Shown here: positions 29,101-40,847 of the stretch, piece by piece | How the letters are laid out: each line of letters starts with the position of its first letter | Position numbering within the stretch: position 1 is the stretch's first letter | Assembly: GCA_963815455.1 (NCBI GenBank) | Contig: CAWFGO010000001.1 | Location: forward strand, 1,632,001-1,696,000 | Direction: 5' to 3' | DNA: 64,000 bases | DNA from: an uncultured Verrucomicrobiae bacterium | GTDB taxonomy: Bacteria; Verrucomicrobiota; Verrucomicrobiia; Chthoniobacterales; UBA10450 | The notes under the pieces: generated by a model | Told to the model about the DNA's origin: nothing | Database searches by the model: none | Seen by the model: only the letters and a program-made list of their open reading frames with translations | Position numbers and translations under genes: made by a program

Positions 29101-29914
29101 CACTGGCGACGGAGCCGGTGGTCCGCCAGATGGCGATCCCGACTTTGCAATTTATTTGAGTTCCACGGGGACGGTCAATGTCTTTACGCCAATTGTCGTT
29201 AACCTGCATACAGGCGGGTCGGCCTCGTCTGGTCTGTTTACGAACGGCCTTTCCGCCGCCGTTGCCGACACCAACGCTTACAACAATAGCGCGGTAGGCA
29301 TGATGGTTAACGCTTCATCGCTCGCCGGTCCCGGCTACCCGGCCTTGGGCACTGCCGGGCATACCCTCTTCCAGTATCAAGTGGTCACCTTTGACCGCTC
29401 GAACAACGAAGTAGATGAGACGCCGGTGCTGACCTACGACCTGGCTAATCCAGGCCTGGAAGTGGAAAATTCCGCGGGTGTCGCCGGAGTTTCCAAGACG
29501 CCAGCTGGCGGCGCCTTCCTCGAGCCGTTCCTGTACGATGATCTGGCTACCAATTCGATTCCGGTAAATTACAACGGCACCAATTTCCAAAATAATGGGT
29601 CGCTCGGTGTCCTGTTGCTGCACATGCACAACGGAACGGGAAATCACGCCGATATGGTGGCCTTCCGCAAACCAACCGTTAGCGGATTTAGCCCAACCAG
29701 CGGCCATGCCGGCGCGCAGATCACCATCACTGGCTCGAACTTCGGGCCTGGGACGGCCGTAAGGTTCTTCAATAACCAGCCGGCATCGGTGAATGTGCTT
29801 ACCAGCAACACACTCGTGGCCACGGTACCAGCCGGCGCTGTGACCGGCCCAATTAGGGTCTCCAATGCAGCGGGCGGAGTAACCGCACCCGGGAACTTTA
29901 CCGTATTGCCGTAA
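26159..29914 (+). CDS. Secreted subtilisin-like S8 serine protease (prodomain, PA insert, C-terminal IPT/TIG-like domain)
   Basis: VIDTG (Asp), NGHGT (His), AAGN, FNGTSSATPHV (Ser); PA-like IIDRG..TF..KV..AGA; terminal FSP.SG..G..ITITGSNF. Confidence 0.9.
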   Translation: MKTSRTLISNRVFPSFASVGLFCLAISVAFTFAAPLPKGAANDVSGEPAGIPPNLQSGSDLKNSLAVMVELNGDPAAVTYAAALKEAQAQADAARNYALAHPKAKGSKKLLKQKPEAIRISAAAARQVQATVRQLDQEQQAIVNALTGRDIRATVLFRAQRAYNGIAVATSNDKIPAIVQIPGVKAVHLIVPKFATAAFSDIDFLATRPAWTTGPFGTHGENIKIAVIDTGLDYIHRNFGGSGSAADYASTGDTTPVPNPNYPTPKIPGGTDLVGDTYNADPNSPSYQPIPFPDNNPFDCNGHGTACSSLATGFGVTSAGFTYSGNYNGSSPDMSTLSISPGFAPNAKLYPVRVFGCAGSTDVVVSAIEWSMDPNGDGDFVDKMDVVSMSLGANEGFADDPDDVAASNAASIGILVCSAAGNAGDSYYIHSSPAAASGTLGIAATFNDQGGFIYDSNVTSNTAGGGGVGAMYFSTKGSDSSAIPAGGITGNLVYAVPPDANAPALTNAAQVAGNIVIIDRGATTFTDKVTKGLAAGAIAVIIDNFTNNPNAFVPILMSTAGQPPGVDVMISRTSRDTIVTASGGFDPVTGIPVNPVNVTINNDSGAQVIPALAVPDTIPAYSSRGPRLPDSAVKPDISAPAEVVGVANPFSGTGVSNFNGTSSATPHVSGIMALLRQLHPAWTVQELNGVICATANHDLFTTTAHTTQYGIGRIGAGRVDVAAAARSNVTAYNGTDPNLIGLSFGVVEAPADSSASVTKNIMVTNKGTSNVTYSVSYQDVTPVGGASFTLPGGPITVNAGTSMNVPVTFAVTGSLLKHGREDSVTATLGGNPRQWLTEKSGYAVFTDVGGVEPTLRVALYAAPKPASVMHSTITSVVPSQPNTGSFTINLSGSPVNTGPNLGNGFDILGLVKAFELQYASAFVGLPNAPTSPNDLKYVGVTSDYVNRGVATAATRVFWGIEGFGNAATPDFASSDKEIFVDTGDGAGGPPDGDPDFAIYLSSTGTVNVFTPIVVNLHTGGSASSGLFTNGLSAAVADTNAYNNSAVGMMVNASSLAGPGYPALGTAGHTLFQYQVVTFDRSNNEVDETPVLTYDLANPGLEVENSAGVAGVSKTPAGGAFLEPFLYDDLATNSIPVNYNGTNFQNNGSLGVLLLHMHNGTGNHADMVAFRKPTVSGFSPTSGHAGAQITITGSNFGPGTAVRFFNNQPASVNVLTSNTLVATVPAGAVTGPIRVSNAAGGVTAPGNFTVLP

Positions 29915-29938
29915 TTCAGCTGAAATGAGGATCAAACT

Positions 29939-30719
29939 ATGAAAGTCATGAAAAAAAATCTGTCAGCCGGAACGTTTGTTCTGATCGCCTTTGCCCTTTT
30001 TGCCCTTCCCGCGACTTCAAGTTGGGCAACTCTGGTCGAGGGCTTCGAATCCGGAGCGCTCGCTCCCGGGTCCACCGTCGGCGACGCCGGCATCCGGGCG
30101 CCAAATTATTTTGGGATCAATCCCACAGAAGGAACCCATCAGCTGTTGCTCACGACGATCAACAACACCAGCGATCCCGGATACACCAACCAGTCGGGCA
30201 CAAATGCGGTCTCAGTGACGGCGATTGCCGCTTTTCTTGGTATTCCTACGAGCAGCATTCGCGATGGCATTGTTGCCGGGCAGGAAGGCTCTGCGTTTAG
30301 GCTTAACCTGGGCTTTTTGAACGTGGGCGATGTAGTGACGTTTAACTACAACTTCCTCACCGACGAAGTTCAACCGGGCGCGCATAACGATTTCGCCTTT
30401 GTCTCGCTCAGCGGCATAGGTGGAAATACCCCCGTCGTCGCGGACACGTTTAGTACCTCTGTTTCCGACGACAGGGAGCGGCAATCCGTTTGTTCTGGAA
30501 ACCCACTATCAGACGTATACGATCAGCATCACTAGCGCCGGCACATATGTCCTGGCAATTGGTGTAGTCGATGGAACGACGACCGACAGCGCTCCTACGG
30601 CGCTACTGGTCGACAATATTCAAGTCATCCCGGTTCCAGAACCTTCGACCTTTGGCCTCGCCCTTGTAGGCGCGGGTCTCCTGGTCGCGCTGCGCAGGCG
30701 AATCAAGAGAACTTCGTAG
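29939..30719 (+). CDS. PEP-CTERM sorting-domain protein; +1 frameshift near 30455
   Basis: Signal peptide in ORF 29939; VPEPST + TM helix + RRR in ORF 30420-30719. Confidence 0.8.
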
Positions 30720-30746
30720 CCCGACGCCAACTGCAGTTCTGTAAAT

Positions 30747-30772
30747 GGGCCGGCCGCAACGCCGGCCCGTTT
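30747..30772 (+). terminator. Possible intrinsic terminator
   Basis: GGGCCGGC-CGCAAC-GCCGGCCC followed by GTTT (short U tract). Confidence 0.45.
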
Positions 30773-30890
30773 CCGTTACAGCGGTAACGCCCGTAAGTTG
30801 ACGCCTCGCGTAGTCGCGTCCATATTCTGCACTCTCAATTGTCGGGACAACCCCCGCGAGAAGTAACGCCCCGGTTGATTGGATTCTCTC

Positions 30891-32702
30891 ATGGATAAGA
30901 TCCGTAACATCGCCATTATTGCGCACGTCGATCACGGCAAGACCACGCTGGTTGATCAACTGCTGCGCCAGTCGGGCACTTTCCGTTCCAATCAAAAAGT
31001 CGAGGAGCGTGTGATGGATTCGATGGATTTGGAGCGCGAAAAAGGGATCACGATTCGGGCGAAGAACGCCTCCTTTCAGTGGAATGGTTACCGGGTCAAC
31101 ATCGTGGATACGCCGGGGCATGCCGATTTCGGCGGCGAAGTGGAGCGGATCATGAAAATGGTCGATGGCGTTTTGCTCGTTGTCGATGCTCACGATGGTC
31201 CACAGGCGCAAACGCGTTTCGTTTTGCGCAAGGCGTTGGAGAACAAGGCCAAGCCAATTGTAGTCATCAACAAGATCGACCGGGAAAATGCCCGTCCCCA
31301 CAAGGTGCTCGACATGGTCTTTGATCTGTTCGTGGAATTAAAAGCGACCGACGAGCAGCTCGATTTTCCGATTATTTACGCCAGCGCGAAAAATGGTTTC
31401 GCCATGCGCGAGCTGCACGACAACAACGAAGATTTGACTCCGTTGTTCGAGGCGATCGTGAAGCATGTCCCGCCGCCGACGGTTTCAACGGAACCTTATT
31501 TCCAGATGCTGGTCTCTAATCTCCACTACAGCGATTACCTTGGTCGTATCGCGATTGGGCGGATCGTGAGCGGCCGTGTGGCCGTGGGGGATTCCATGGT
31601 TTGCATTCATCGCGATGAACGCCGCGAACGGTCTACCGTGACGGCGCTTTTTACTTATGAAGGCCTGGAGGAGGTCGAAACAAAGCACGCCTCCGCCGGC
31701 GACATTATCGGGCTAACCGGCTTTGAAGAAGTTTACATCGGTGAAACACTGACGGATCGCGAGGAGCGCGCGCCTCTTCAGTTTGTCGATATCGATCCGC
31801 CAACGATCCGTATGCGCATCCTGGTGAACGATTCGCCTTTTGCCGGACGCGAAGGGAAGTTCGTCACCGCGCGGCACGTGCGCGAACGGCTGGTGCGCGA
31901 AACTCGGGCGAACGTTTCCCTCCAGATGAGCGATACGGAAGTAGCCGGCACTTTTGAAATCAACGCCCGTGGAGAAATGCAGATCGCCATACTGGTCGAG
32001 CAAATGCGGCGGGAAGGCTACGAAGTCATGGTCTCGCGTCCCGAGGTTATTTTTCAACGAGATGCAGACGGTAACACGCTTGAGCCCCTTGAAAATTTGT
32101 ACATCGATTTACCCGCTGAAAATCTGGGCGACGTCATGCAATCGATCGCCGGCCGGAAAGGCGAAGTCGTCAATATGCACCATCACGCCGCGCGCGTTTC
32201 GGTGGAAGGAATTATTCCAACCCGCGGCCTGATTGGTTTCGAAACGGATCTTGTGAACCTGACCCGGGGCGAAGGTGTCATGAGCCATCTCTTTCGCGAG
32301 TACGCTCCATTCAAGGGCGAGATCGAAGGCCGCAATCGCGGAGTCATGGTCTCGATGGAGCCCGGCACGAGCACGGCCTACGCTCTTAATAACATCCAGG
32401 CTCGCGGCCGGCTTTTCATTGGGCCGCAGGAAGATGTCTACGCCGGGATGATCGTCGGCGAAAATGCGCGGCTGGAGGATCTGCCCGTGAATCCCTGCAA
32501 AGCGAAACACCTCACCAACATGCGCAGCCAGGGGGACGGCAAGGGAATCCAATTGGAAGCCCCCTTGCGACTGAGTCTGGAGCGCGCCATCGAGTACATC
32601 GACAGCGACGAGTACGTGGAAGCGACGCCAAAGTCGCTCCGTCTCCGCAAGCGCATCCTGGACGCGAACGCCCGAAAACGCGCCGGCGTGGTCGCCGCTT
32701 AG
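30891..32702 (+). CDS. typA: Translational GTPase TypA/BipA
   Basis: [54 protein letters not shown]. Confidence 0.97.
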   Translation: MDKIRNIAIIAHVDHGKTTLVDQLLRQSGTFRSNQKVEERVMDSMDLEREKGITIRAKNASFQWNGYRVNIVDTPGHADFGGEVERIMKMVDGVLLVVDAHDGPQAQTRFVLRKALENKAKPIVVINKIDRENARPHKVLDMVFDLFVELKATDEQLDFPIIYASAKNGFAMRELHDNNEDLTPLFEAIVKHVPPPTVSTEPYFQMLVSNLHYSDYLGRIAIGRIVSGRVAVGDSMVCIHRDERRERSTVTALFTYEGLEEVETKHASAGDIIGLTGFEEVYIGETLTDREERAPLQFVDIDPPTIRMRILVNDSPFAGREGKFVTARHVRERLVRETRANVSLQMSDTEVAGTFEINARGEMQIAILVEQMRREGYEVMVSRPEVIFQRDADGNTLEPLENLYIDLPAENLGDVMQSIAGRKGEVVNMHHHAARVSVEGIIPTRGLIGFETDLVNLTRGEGVMSHLFREYAPFKGEIEGRNRGVMVSMEPGTSTAYALNNIQARGRLFIGPQEDVYAGMIVGENARLEDLPVNPCKAKHLTNMRSQGDGKGIQLEAPLRLSLERAIEYIDSDEYVEATPKSLRLRKRILDANARKRAGVVAA

Positions 32703-32840
32703 GTACGATTGACAAACCATTTCGGCTACGATTGACTATGCGAGGGTAATTTCCTTCCTCGCCAGCCTTCTCTCGCGAGGCGCAGTAGCTTGAATGTTTT
32801 CCTAGCAGTTTCTGGTAAGAATTATTAACTCCGCACCGTT

Positions 32841-33597
32841 ATGTCGGGACATAGCAAATGGTCGAAGATCAAGCGCTTCAAAGGCGCGACCGATGCGAAA
32901 CGCGGTCAGGTTTTCAGCAAATTATCCAAAGAAATCTCCATCGCGGCCAAGGCTGGCGGCGGTGATCCCGATTCCAATCTGCGCCTGCGCGGCGCAATCC
33001 AGGCGGCGCGGGCCCAGAGCATGCCGAATGATAACATCGAGCGGGCGATCAAGCGCGGCACTGGAGAAGGCAGCGAAGCGCAGCACTTCGATGAGATCGT
33101 TTACGAGGGTTATGCGCCCGGGCGGAGTGGCTGTGATTGTCGAAGCCGCGACCGACAACAAGAACCGCACGGCAGCGGAGATTCGAAGCATCTTCAGCAA
33201 GAACGAGGGCAACCTCGCTTCATCTGGCAGCGTTTCTTATATGTTCCATAAGAAGGGTCAACTCACGGTCCAGCGAGCCGGGATCGACGAAAATCGCATC
33301 CTGGAGCTTGCCCTGGAAGCTGGTGCGGAAGAGTTGACAACCGAGGAGGATGAGTATGTTATTACCACTTCCCACGATCAGCTATACGCCGTAGCTGAAG
33401 CGCTCAAGAGAGCGGGTGTGACTACCGATGGGCAAAAGTTTACATTCATTCCCGATACGACTGTTCCGGTTGCCGATGAGACTGTTGCGCGCCAGGTGCT
33501 CCGATTGTGTGATGCGCTCGAAGACGACGATGACGTCCAAAACGTCTATTCAAATATAGAAATTCCCGACGAATTGCTGGCCACGTTGCCGGCTTGA
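32841..33597 (+). CDS. yebC: YebC/PmpR family protein; +1 frameshift near 33120
   Basis: MSGHSKW..IK, YEGYAPG|GVA....[17 protein letters not shown], split over two frames at a CCC/GGG run. Confidence 0.9.
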
Positions 33598-33660
33598 AAA
33601 TATTTGCGGCAGAAAGTTGCGCAAACCGCTCCTGAGCGAGCGACGAGACCTATTTTGCTT

Positions 33661-35013
<1,353 letters not shown>

Positions 35014-35016
35014 GAA

Positions 35017-35100
35017 TTTTCGAATTTCGATCGGCGATTTTCGATTAGGAAATCGGCGCGAAGAAATGCAATCGAAAATCGAAAATCCAAAATCGGAAAT
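35017..35100. repeat. Inverted AATCGAA heptamer arrays, right arm forming the N-terminus of the next gene
   Basis: TTTCGAATTTCGATCGGCGATTTTCGATT versus AATCGAAAATCGAAAATCCAAAATCGGAAAT (MQSKIENPKSEI). Confidence 0.65.
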
Positions 35101-35608
35101 TCTCGAGTGGGAAGTTCTCCCAGCCGAAGATCGACAATCTCGAAACCCGTCGGGACTCGATCCGCTCTTCAAGTGGCTCGCCCTTATCATGGACGATCTT
35201 CTGCGCGTCCCGGGAACGAAATTCCGATTTGGCATTGATCCATTAATTGGACTTGTCCCCGGAATCGGCGACACCGCCTCTGCGATTACCTCCGCGCTAG
35301 CGCTGATTTACGCCACGCGCTCCGGGCTCCCGAAGGTTCTGCTGGCCCGAATGGCGGGCAACATCCTGATTAACGAACTGGTCGGCATTGTTCCCGGGAT
35401 CGGCGATCTGTTCTCGTTCTGGTTCAAATCGAATGTCCGCAATTATGAGCTCCTCAAAGGATACGTCGCAGCGCCCCGGCAATCGCGAAAAGGCGATTGG
35501 ATTTTTATTATTGCGGTCCTTGGCCTTCTCCTGGTTATCGTCTGCGCCGGCTTGATCGTAAGCTTTCTCGTGCTCTTCGCTCTCGGCCGCCTCCTGTCCG
35601 GTCGTTGA
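35066..35608 (+). CDS. DUF4112-like membrane protein
   Basis: LMD...RVPGT.FRFG.DP.IGLVPGIGD...VPGIGD.F...K.N.RN pattern. Confidence 0.8.
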   Translation: MQSKIENPKSEILEWEVLPAEDRQSRNPSGLDPLFKWLALIMDDLLRVPGTKFRFGIDPLIGLVPGIGDTASAITSALALIYATRSGLPKVLLARMAGNILINELVGIVPGIGDLFSFWFKSNVRNYELLKGYVAAPRQSRKGDWIFIIAVLGLLLVIVCAGLIVSFLVLFALGRLLSGR

Positions 35609-35614
35609 CCGATC

Positions 35615-38344
35615 CTATTCCAAAGCGCTTTTGATTCGCCGGGTGTAAAGCGCGTGAACCGTTTCGCGCGCCGTGACATATTCCTGCCGGAAAGTCTCGA
35701 AATCCTCATGACCCAGGCGAACCGCGAATTTTTGTTGATCGTCGGCAGCGGTTGGCAAGGCTGAGACACTCTTGTTTTCCCACCGTCGCAGGCCCGATTC
35801 GCAACGCCGGAGGAAATCGTAACCGCGTTTTGCCTCCGCGACCTCGCGCGCGGTCAGAAGGCCGTGCGCGCCCAGTTGCTTCAGGGCCTCATGCCAATTC
35901 GGTTCCCAGATTCCTCCCTTCATCTGGAGTGCGTGCACGAAAAATTCCGCTTCGATGATGCCGCCCGCGCCGGTTTTGTAATCGAGAAGATCGGAACCGG
36001 ATCCGCGCTCGCGCCGGATCCGCTCCAGCATCGTGTCGATCTGCTGGAAAAGATCGGCGCGCTCACCCGCCGCCCTCCAATGCCGTCGGGCCATTTCCAT
36101 GAACTGATTTTGAAGCGGGCCAGTGAGCGGTCGTGCCCGGATGAGCGCATGCAATTCCCAAAGCTGCGCTCGCTGGCTGTAGTATGATTCGTACGCGGCC
36201 AGGGAGCAGACCAGCGGACCTTTCTCCCCGTCCGGCCTAAGCCGGGCATCGAGGGTGGGCAAAGCGCCTTCTGCGCTTGGTTGCGCCATCGCGGCGCTGA
36301 GATTTTGCGCGGCGCGGATATCTTCGCCGACAAAGAGAACATCGAGATCGGCTCCGTACCCGATTTCGCCTCCGCCGAATTTCCCGAGTGCGATGACCGT
36401 TAGTTCTTCGCTGCCGGCGAGTTTGTTTGCAGCGAGCAGACACGCTTCGGCGAGTGCGGAATGTTCCTCCAGCAATTCGAGAAGATCGACAAGATCGAGA
36501 ACGTCGCGAAGCAGAATCCGAAGCAACTGCGTTTGGCGGTAAACCCGGAGTGAATCGACATTGGCGCGATCAGGGGTCAGCGACGCGAGTCTGCGCAAAT
36601 GTCTTTCCACCGTAACGACGCCATCGAGTGCTTCGCCCCGCGTTAATTCTTCCAGCAGCTGCGGCCTTCGAATCAGGAGTTCGCTTCCGAATTGGCTGGC
36701 ATCGAATGTTTTGATCAATAGCTCGAGCAATCGCGGATGGGTCACGAGGAGTTCGAAAAGGAGACCACGCATGCCGTAGGCTTCGACGAATCGGACGAAC
36801 TGATTGAGGATTGCGTCGGGATCGGCTGTCTCGCCCAGACGCTCGAGCAGAAACGGCCGCAAATTGCGAAAGATTTGGCGCGTCCTCGGCGCCCGATGAA
36901 AACTGCCGCCGCTTTGGGCCAGGTCGGCCAGCGCCTTGGCAGCCCGTTTCTCGTCACTAAAGATCGACAAATCGACAGGCGCCGATTCGGCTGGTGTTTG
37001 CGAAATAACGCGTCGGAAAATCTCGCGCACCTGTTTCATCTGCTCTTGCAATTCCATGATGAATTGCTGGCCCGACGGATAACCGAGGCTGAGCGCCAGC
37101 CCCGAAAGCTTTCGGGGTTCTTGCGGCACGGTGTGGATCTGCTGCTCGGCTTCGATCTGCAAACGATGCTCGACCCGGCGCAAAAACCGGTAAGCCTGAT
37201 CGAGCGCAACAATTTCGCCCGATTGAAGAAGATCCAATTCGTGAAGAGATTGAAGCGCTTTCAACGTGCTCGTTTCCTGCAAGAAGGCATGGCGCGCCCC
37301 ATGAATGAGCTGAAGCGTCTGGACCACAAACTCAATTTCCCGAATACCTCCGGCGCCTAGTTTCACGTTCCAGGCCAGATTTTCGTGACCGACCACGTCG
37401 CGCTCGATCCGGCGCTTAATGGCGGCGACTTCGTCGAGCAAGTCCGGAGTCGGACTCTTCGGGTAGATGAACGGCTGAAGTTGGCGCAGGAATTCGTAGG
37501 CCAGCTCGCGGCTCCCGCAGATTCCGCGCGCCTTGGTCAATGCCAGCCGTTCCCAGGTTTCGCCAAAGCCGGCATAATAATTTTCCATGCTTGCGCGGGA
37601 ACGCGCCAGCGGTCCGGCGGAACCTTCCGGGCGAAGACGGAGATCGACTCGAAAAAGCGGCGCCTCGGTGTCAACGCTGGCGAACGTCTCGACAATCTTT
37701 CCGCCCAGGCGATTGAACCATTCATGATACGTCATGCGGGCCGAGACCTGCCCGTCTTCACCGTAGAGAAAAATAAGATCGACATCGGAGCTGTGATTGA
37801 GTTCGCGGCCACCGAGCTTGCCCAGAGCGAGAATCGTAAACTCTGCATCGGGCGAACCATATCGCCGGCGCAAATCGGAGTCCCAGTATTCGAAAACTTC
37901 GGTCAGACAAATTTCCGCCAGTTGGGATAATTCGGCGGTTGTCTCTTCCAATGGCGCGACATCGGCCAGTTCGCGTACAGCGATCCGGACCATTTCCCGG
38001 CCTTTCCAAAATCGCAGTGCGCGAAAGTTGTCCGCGGCGACCGATTCGTCGCGGAGCGCATGCAGATCGCGTCGCATTTGTCCGTAACCACGCCGGGACG
38101 AACAAATCTCCGGCTGACAAAGCCAGAGAAACGTCTCGGGATGCCGCGCCAATCGCGATGCGCAAATGCTTGAAGCAGCAAGAAGGTGGAGAAGAGCCGC
38201 TTCGCCCAGCGGAAAATTCGTGATTAGATCGACAAGCGCCGGCCCGTCGGACGCCCACGTCTCGTTCAGCTGAGCAAGTGTTCTCTCAACTTGCGAAGGA
38301 TGGAACGAACGAGCGGCCTTTTCCTGAATCCAATCGCGATGCAT
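35615..38344 (-). CDS. glnE: Bifunctional glutamine synthetase adenylyltransferase / adenylyl-removing enzyme
   Basis: Two NTase motifs (LGKLGGRELNHSSDVDL; LGKFGGGEIGYGADLD), DLRLRPEG, VKLGAGGIREIEF; ATG at 38344. Confidence 0.93.
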   Translation of the reverse strand: MHRDWIQEKAARSFHPSQVERTLAQLNETWASDGPALVDLITNFPLGEAALLHLLAASSICASRLARHPETFLWLCQPEICSSRRGYGQMRRDLHALRDESVAADNFRALRFWKGREMVRIAVRELADVAPLEETTAELSQLAEICLTEVFEYWDSDLRRRYGSPDAEFTILALGKLGGRELNHSSDVDLIFLYGEDGQVSARMTYHEWFNRLGGKIVETFASVDTEAPLFRVDLRLRPEGSAGPLARSRASMENYYAGFGETWERLALTKARGICGSRELAYEFLRQLQPFIYPKSPTPDLLDEVAAIKRRIERDVVGHENLAWNVKLGAGGIREIEFVVQTLQLIHGARHAFLQETSTLKALQSLHELDLLQSGEIVALDQAYRFLRRVEHRLQIEAEQQIHTVPQEPRKLSGLALSLGYPSGQQFIMELQEQMKQVREIFRRVISQTPAESAPVDLSIFSDEKRAAKALADLAQSGGSFHRAPRTRQIFRNLRPFLLERLGETADPDAILNQFVRFVEAYGMRGLLFELLVTHPRLLELLIKTFDASQFGSELLIRRPQLLEELTRGEALDGVVTVERHLRRLASLTPDRANVDSLRVYRQTQLLRILLRDVLDLVDLLELLEEHSALAEACLLAANKLAGSEELTVIALGKFGGGEIGYGADLDVLFVGEDIRAAQNLSAAMAQPSAEGALPTLDARLRPDGEKGPLVCSLAAYESYYSQRAQLWELHALIRARPLTGPLQNQFMEMARRHWRAAGERADLFQQIDTMLERIRRERGSGSDLLDYKTGAGGIIEAEFFVHALQMKGGIWEPNWHEALKQLGAHGLLTAREVAEAKRGYDFLRRCESGLRRWENKSVSALPTAADDQQKFAVRLGHEDFETFRQEYVTARETVHALYTRRIKSALE

Positions 38345-38382
38345 TGCTTTCCCGCAAGATAGCATCGAAAAGCGGCAGAACA

Positions 38383-38498
38383 CCCGCCTCCGCCAGGCTC
38401 TGGCGTGGCAAGCTGCCGCACTCCAAGACGTGGCCGTCGCAGAGGCCGCCCAAATATCCCGCATGCGTTTTGGAGTGCGGCGGTGCGCCGCCGCTTTC
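38383..38498. repeat. Composite REP-like region (CCCGCCT.CG family plus TTGGAGTGCG family)
   Basis: CCCGCCTCCGCCAGGCTCTGGCGTGGC; GCCGCACTCCAA / TTGGAGTGCGGC inverted pair; relative at 44869-44980. Confidence 0.65.
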
Positions 38499-38500
38499 AT

Positions 38501-38551
38501 ATTAACGCGATTTTCTTTCCAGAATCCGCTCGTGCGCTTTTGATAGCCTTC
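38501..38551 (-). repeat. Direct repeat: orphan copy of the rhomboid gene 3' end
   Basis: 48/51 identical to 40847-40897; reads RLSKAHERILERKSR-stop. Confidence 0.85.
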
Positions 38552-38598
38552 CGCAAATCCCGATCCCGAACGGCGTCGCGCATAGTTCCACTCCAAAC

Positions 38599-40098
38599 GT
38601 GCTCAATCAATTGATCGATCGAACTCTAATTGTTAACGGCGTGCCGGTTGAGTCACAGCCGATTACCTATGATCTGAACGGGAATATGACGGCAAACAAC
38701 GATGCGAACCAGCAGTACGAATGGGATGCGGCTAACCGGCTGGTGGCCATCAACTACACTCGACACCGGGGATCGCACGGAATTTGCTTATGATGGGCTG
38801 GGGCGACGCGTGAAAATTACCGAATACGGACCGGCGGTGACGGCGGAGGTTCAACCCAAAGCCGGGGGATATGTCGTCCTTTGACACGGCGGAGTTCAAT
38901 CTGCCGACAGGCGATTTTGAACTGAAGTTCGAAGGGCTTAATCCGAACGGAGGCAATAACACGGCGCTAATCGATGCCGGTAACTCTCGACCAAAGTGTG
39001 CAGGGCGGCGGTTTTGAAGATCCGGCATTGGACGAGGACACGACCGCGCCGGCCGACAGCGGCTGGAATTACTGGGGCCCGGCCGGGATTGCAACGCCCG
39101 ATGGCGACATGATGAGCGGCGGCCGGCGGCACCATGAGGGTAAGCAAGCTGGCATTCGTGACCAACCACGGGATGCTTTGGCAGTCTGGGACCGTGACGC
39201 CGGGAAATTACACCCTCAATTTTCAAGCGGCCCAGTACAGTCGGCAACGACAGTAACCAGCATGCTGCGCGTGACGATGCGCGGCGCGACCAGCACGAAG
39301 ACATTCGTCTGGTCGGGCAACTCAATTGCCGAAGAGCGCGACGCGAGCGGAGAAACGGTGATCAAGCGGTTCTATCCCGAAGGCGAACAACGGATCGGCG
39401 GGAAAGATGCGGGCGATTACTATTACTCGCGCGATCACTTGGGCAGCATCCGGGAGGTCACGAATGAAAACGGCGAACTGGCAGCTCAATACGATTATGA
39501 TGTGTGGGGCAAACGTGTAACCATCAGCGGAGATTCGAGTTTCGATTTCGGCTTCACCGGCCATTATTTCCATCAGCCGAGTGGTCTAAATCTCACAATG
39601 TATCGGGCGTATAGCCCAACGCTCGGGAGATGGATCAGCCGGGATCCAATGGGAGAAAGCGAGGGACCGAATCTCTATTCTTACGTTGCAAATGATCCGA
39701 TCAACATGATTGATCCACTGGGCCTCTTTAATTGGAGAAGATGGGTTCCGCGAGGCCCTTGGTTTTTCGGTACATGTTGCAATAGGTCCGGCGGGATAGA
39801 ATGGGCTTCTGTCGCGGGCAGGGGCTGGGTGATGCTTGCGCCTGGCGAGTGTGTTGGCCTTTCAAATATGCAGGATTGCGAGGGGATGACATGCGGCGGC
39901 GGATTTTATTATGTAAGCGGGCTTTCGGTCGGCTCGTGCAGCACACCAGGTTGCGACCGGTGGCCCGGAACGAAACGCAGGTGGACTCCTGATCCTACCA
40001 CAAGAGATCCCGGCGGCATGTCACCGACTAACGTAGGAATGGGCTTTGGAGATGTCCCGCCAGGCTACCAGTATGGCCCGCGCCGTCCGCGACCTTGA
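38599..40098 (+). pseudogene. N-terminally truncated, frameshifted Rhs/YD-repeat gene with intact core and C-terminal toxin-like domain
   Basis: YDLNGN, WDAANRL, YDGLGRR in successive frames; DHLGS, YD.WG, GFTG, RAY.P.LGRW.SRDP, NLY.Y..NDPIN..DPLGL. Confidence 0.8.
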
Positions 40099-40117
40099 TC
40101 TGCCATTACCTGTCCAC

Positions 40118-40585
40118 ATGAGAAATTCTTTATCCATGATTCTGATTAAAGGTGGCGTAGCATCCTTGGCTGCACTTTTGGTTGCGATGCTGGTGTTGAA
40201 GGCTTGGCCGAGCCTCTTCGGAAGAGATTGGAACAAGACGTTCGCCAGTTTAACGGATGGAGGGTGCGTCCGTGCGCTGGTCCATGGGTATACGGATAGC
40301 CCTTTAGCCGCATGGTACACGAGCTTGCTTTGGAAAAAAGAAGAGGACAAGTGGTTCGTGTACCATTTGAATCATGACGCTTACTTCCAAGACTATAAGC
40401 TGTCTCAGCGCGGCTTATATATTGACGTTTTCTGCAACGGCCGGCTGTTAGCAACGTTGAACACGTCTAATAATGAGCTTTTCCACGCCGGCCAAAACAT
40501 TCTCTACAAGAAGCCTATTGATATTATTCATGACGCGAATCTCGATGATCGCGAAAGATGGACGTATTGGATCAATCGCGAATGA
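40118..40585 (+). CDS. Putative immunity protein (N-terminal TM/signal helix)
   Basis: Starts 20 nt after the Rhs stop; AT-richer than flanks; no recognisable family. Confidence 0.55.
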   Translation: MRNSLSMILIKGGVASLAALLVAMLVLKAWPSLFGRDWNKTFASLTDGGCVRALVHGYTDSPLAAWYTSLLWKKEEDKWFVYHLNHDAYFQDYKLSQRGLYIDVFCNGRLLATLNTSNNELFHAGQNILYKKPIDIIHDANLDDRERWTYWINRE

Positions 40586-40847
40586 AAAACTTGCTTTTTA
40601 ACTTCTATCTCAAGCAGAGGCACCCCCTTTCCAGGCGGCCCAATACGGTGGCAATAACAGCGCCCAGCAACAGCGGGCGGGGAGCAAAACGGGTCGTGTC
40701 TGTATTCTTGTCATAAAAGGACCGAATGGTCGTGGGGTCCACTTCGTTTGCGACGTTAAGCGAGTTTCCTCCGTTCGATTCCGCGGCTAACAGATGTCGA
40801 AAGAGATGGACCGGTCGAGAATCTCAGCGTTTTGTACTGACGTTGCA

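Noticed and set aside
38345..38596. N-terminal extension of glnE in the ORF track
   Set aside because: Read-through across REP-like repeats and the duplicated rhomboid end; ATG38344 is the better start.
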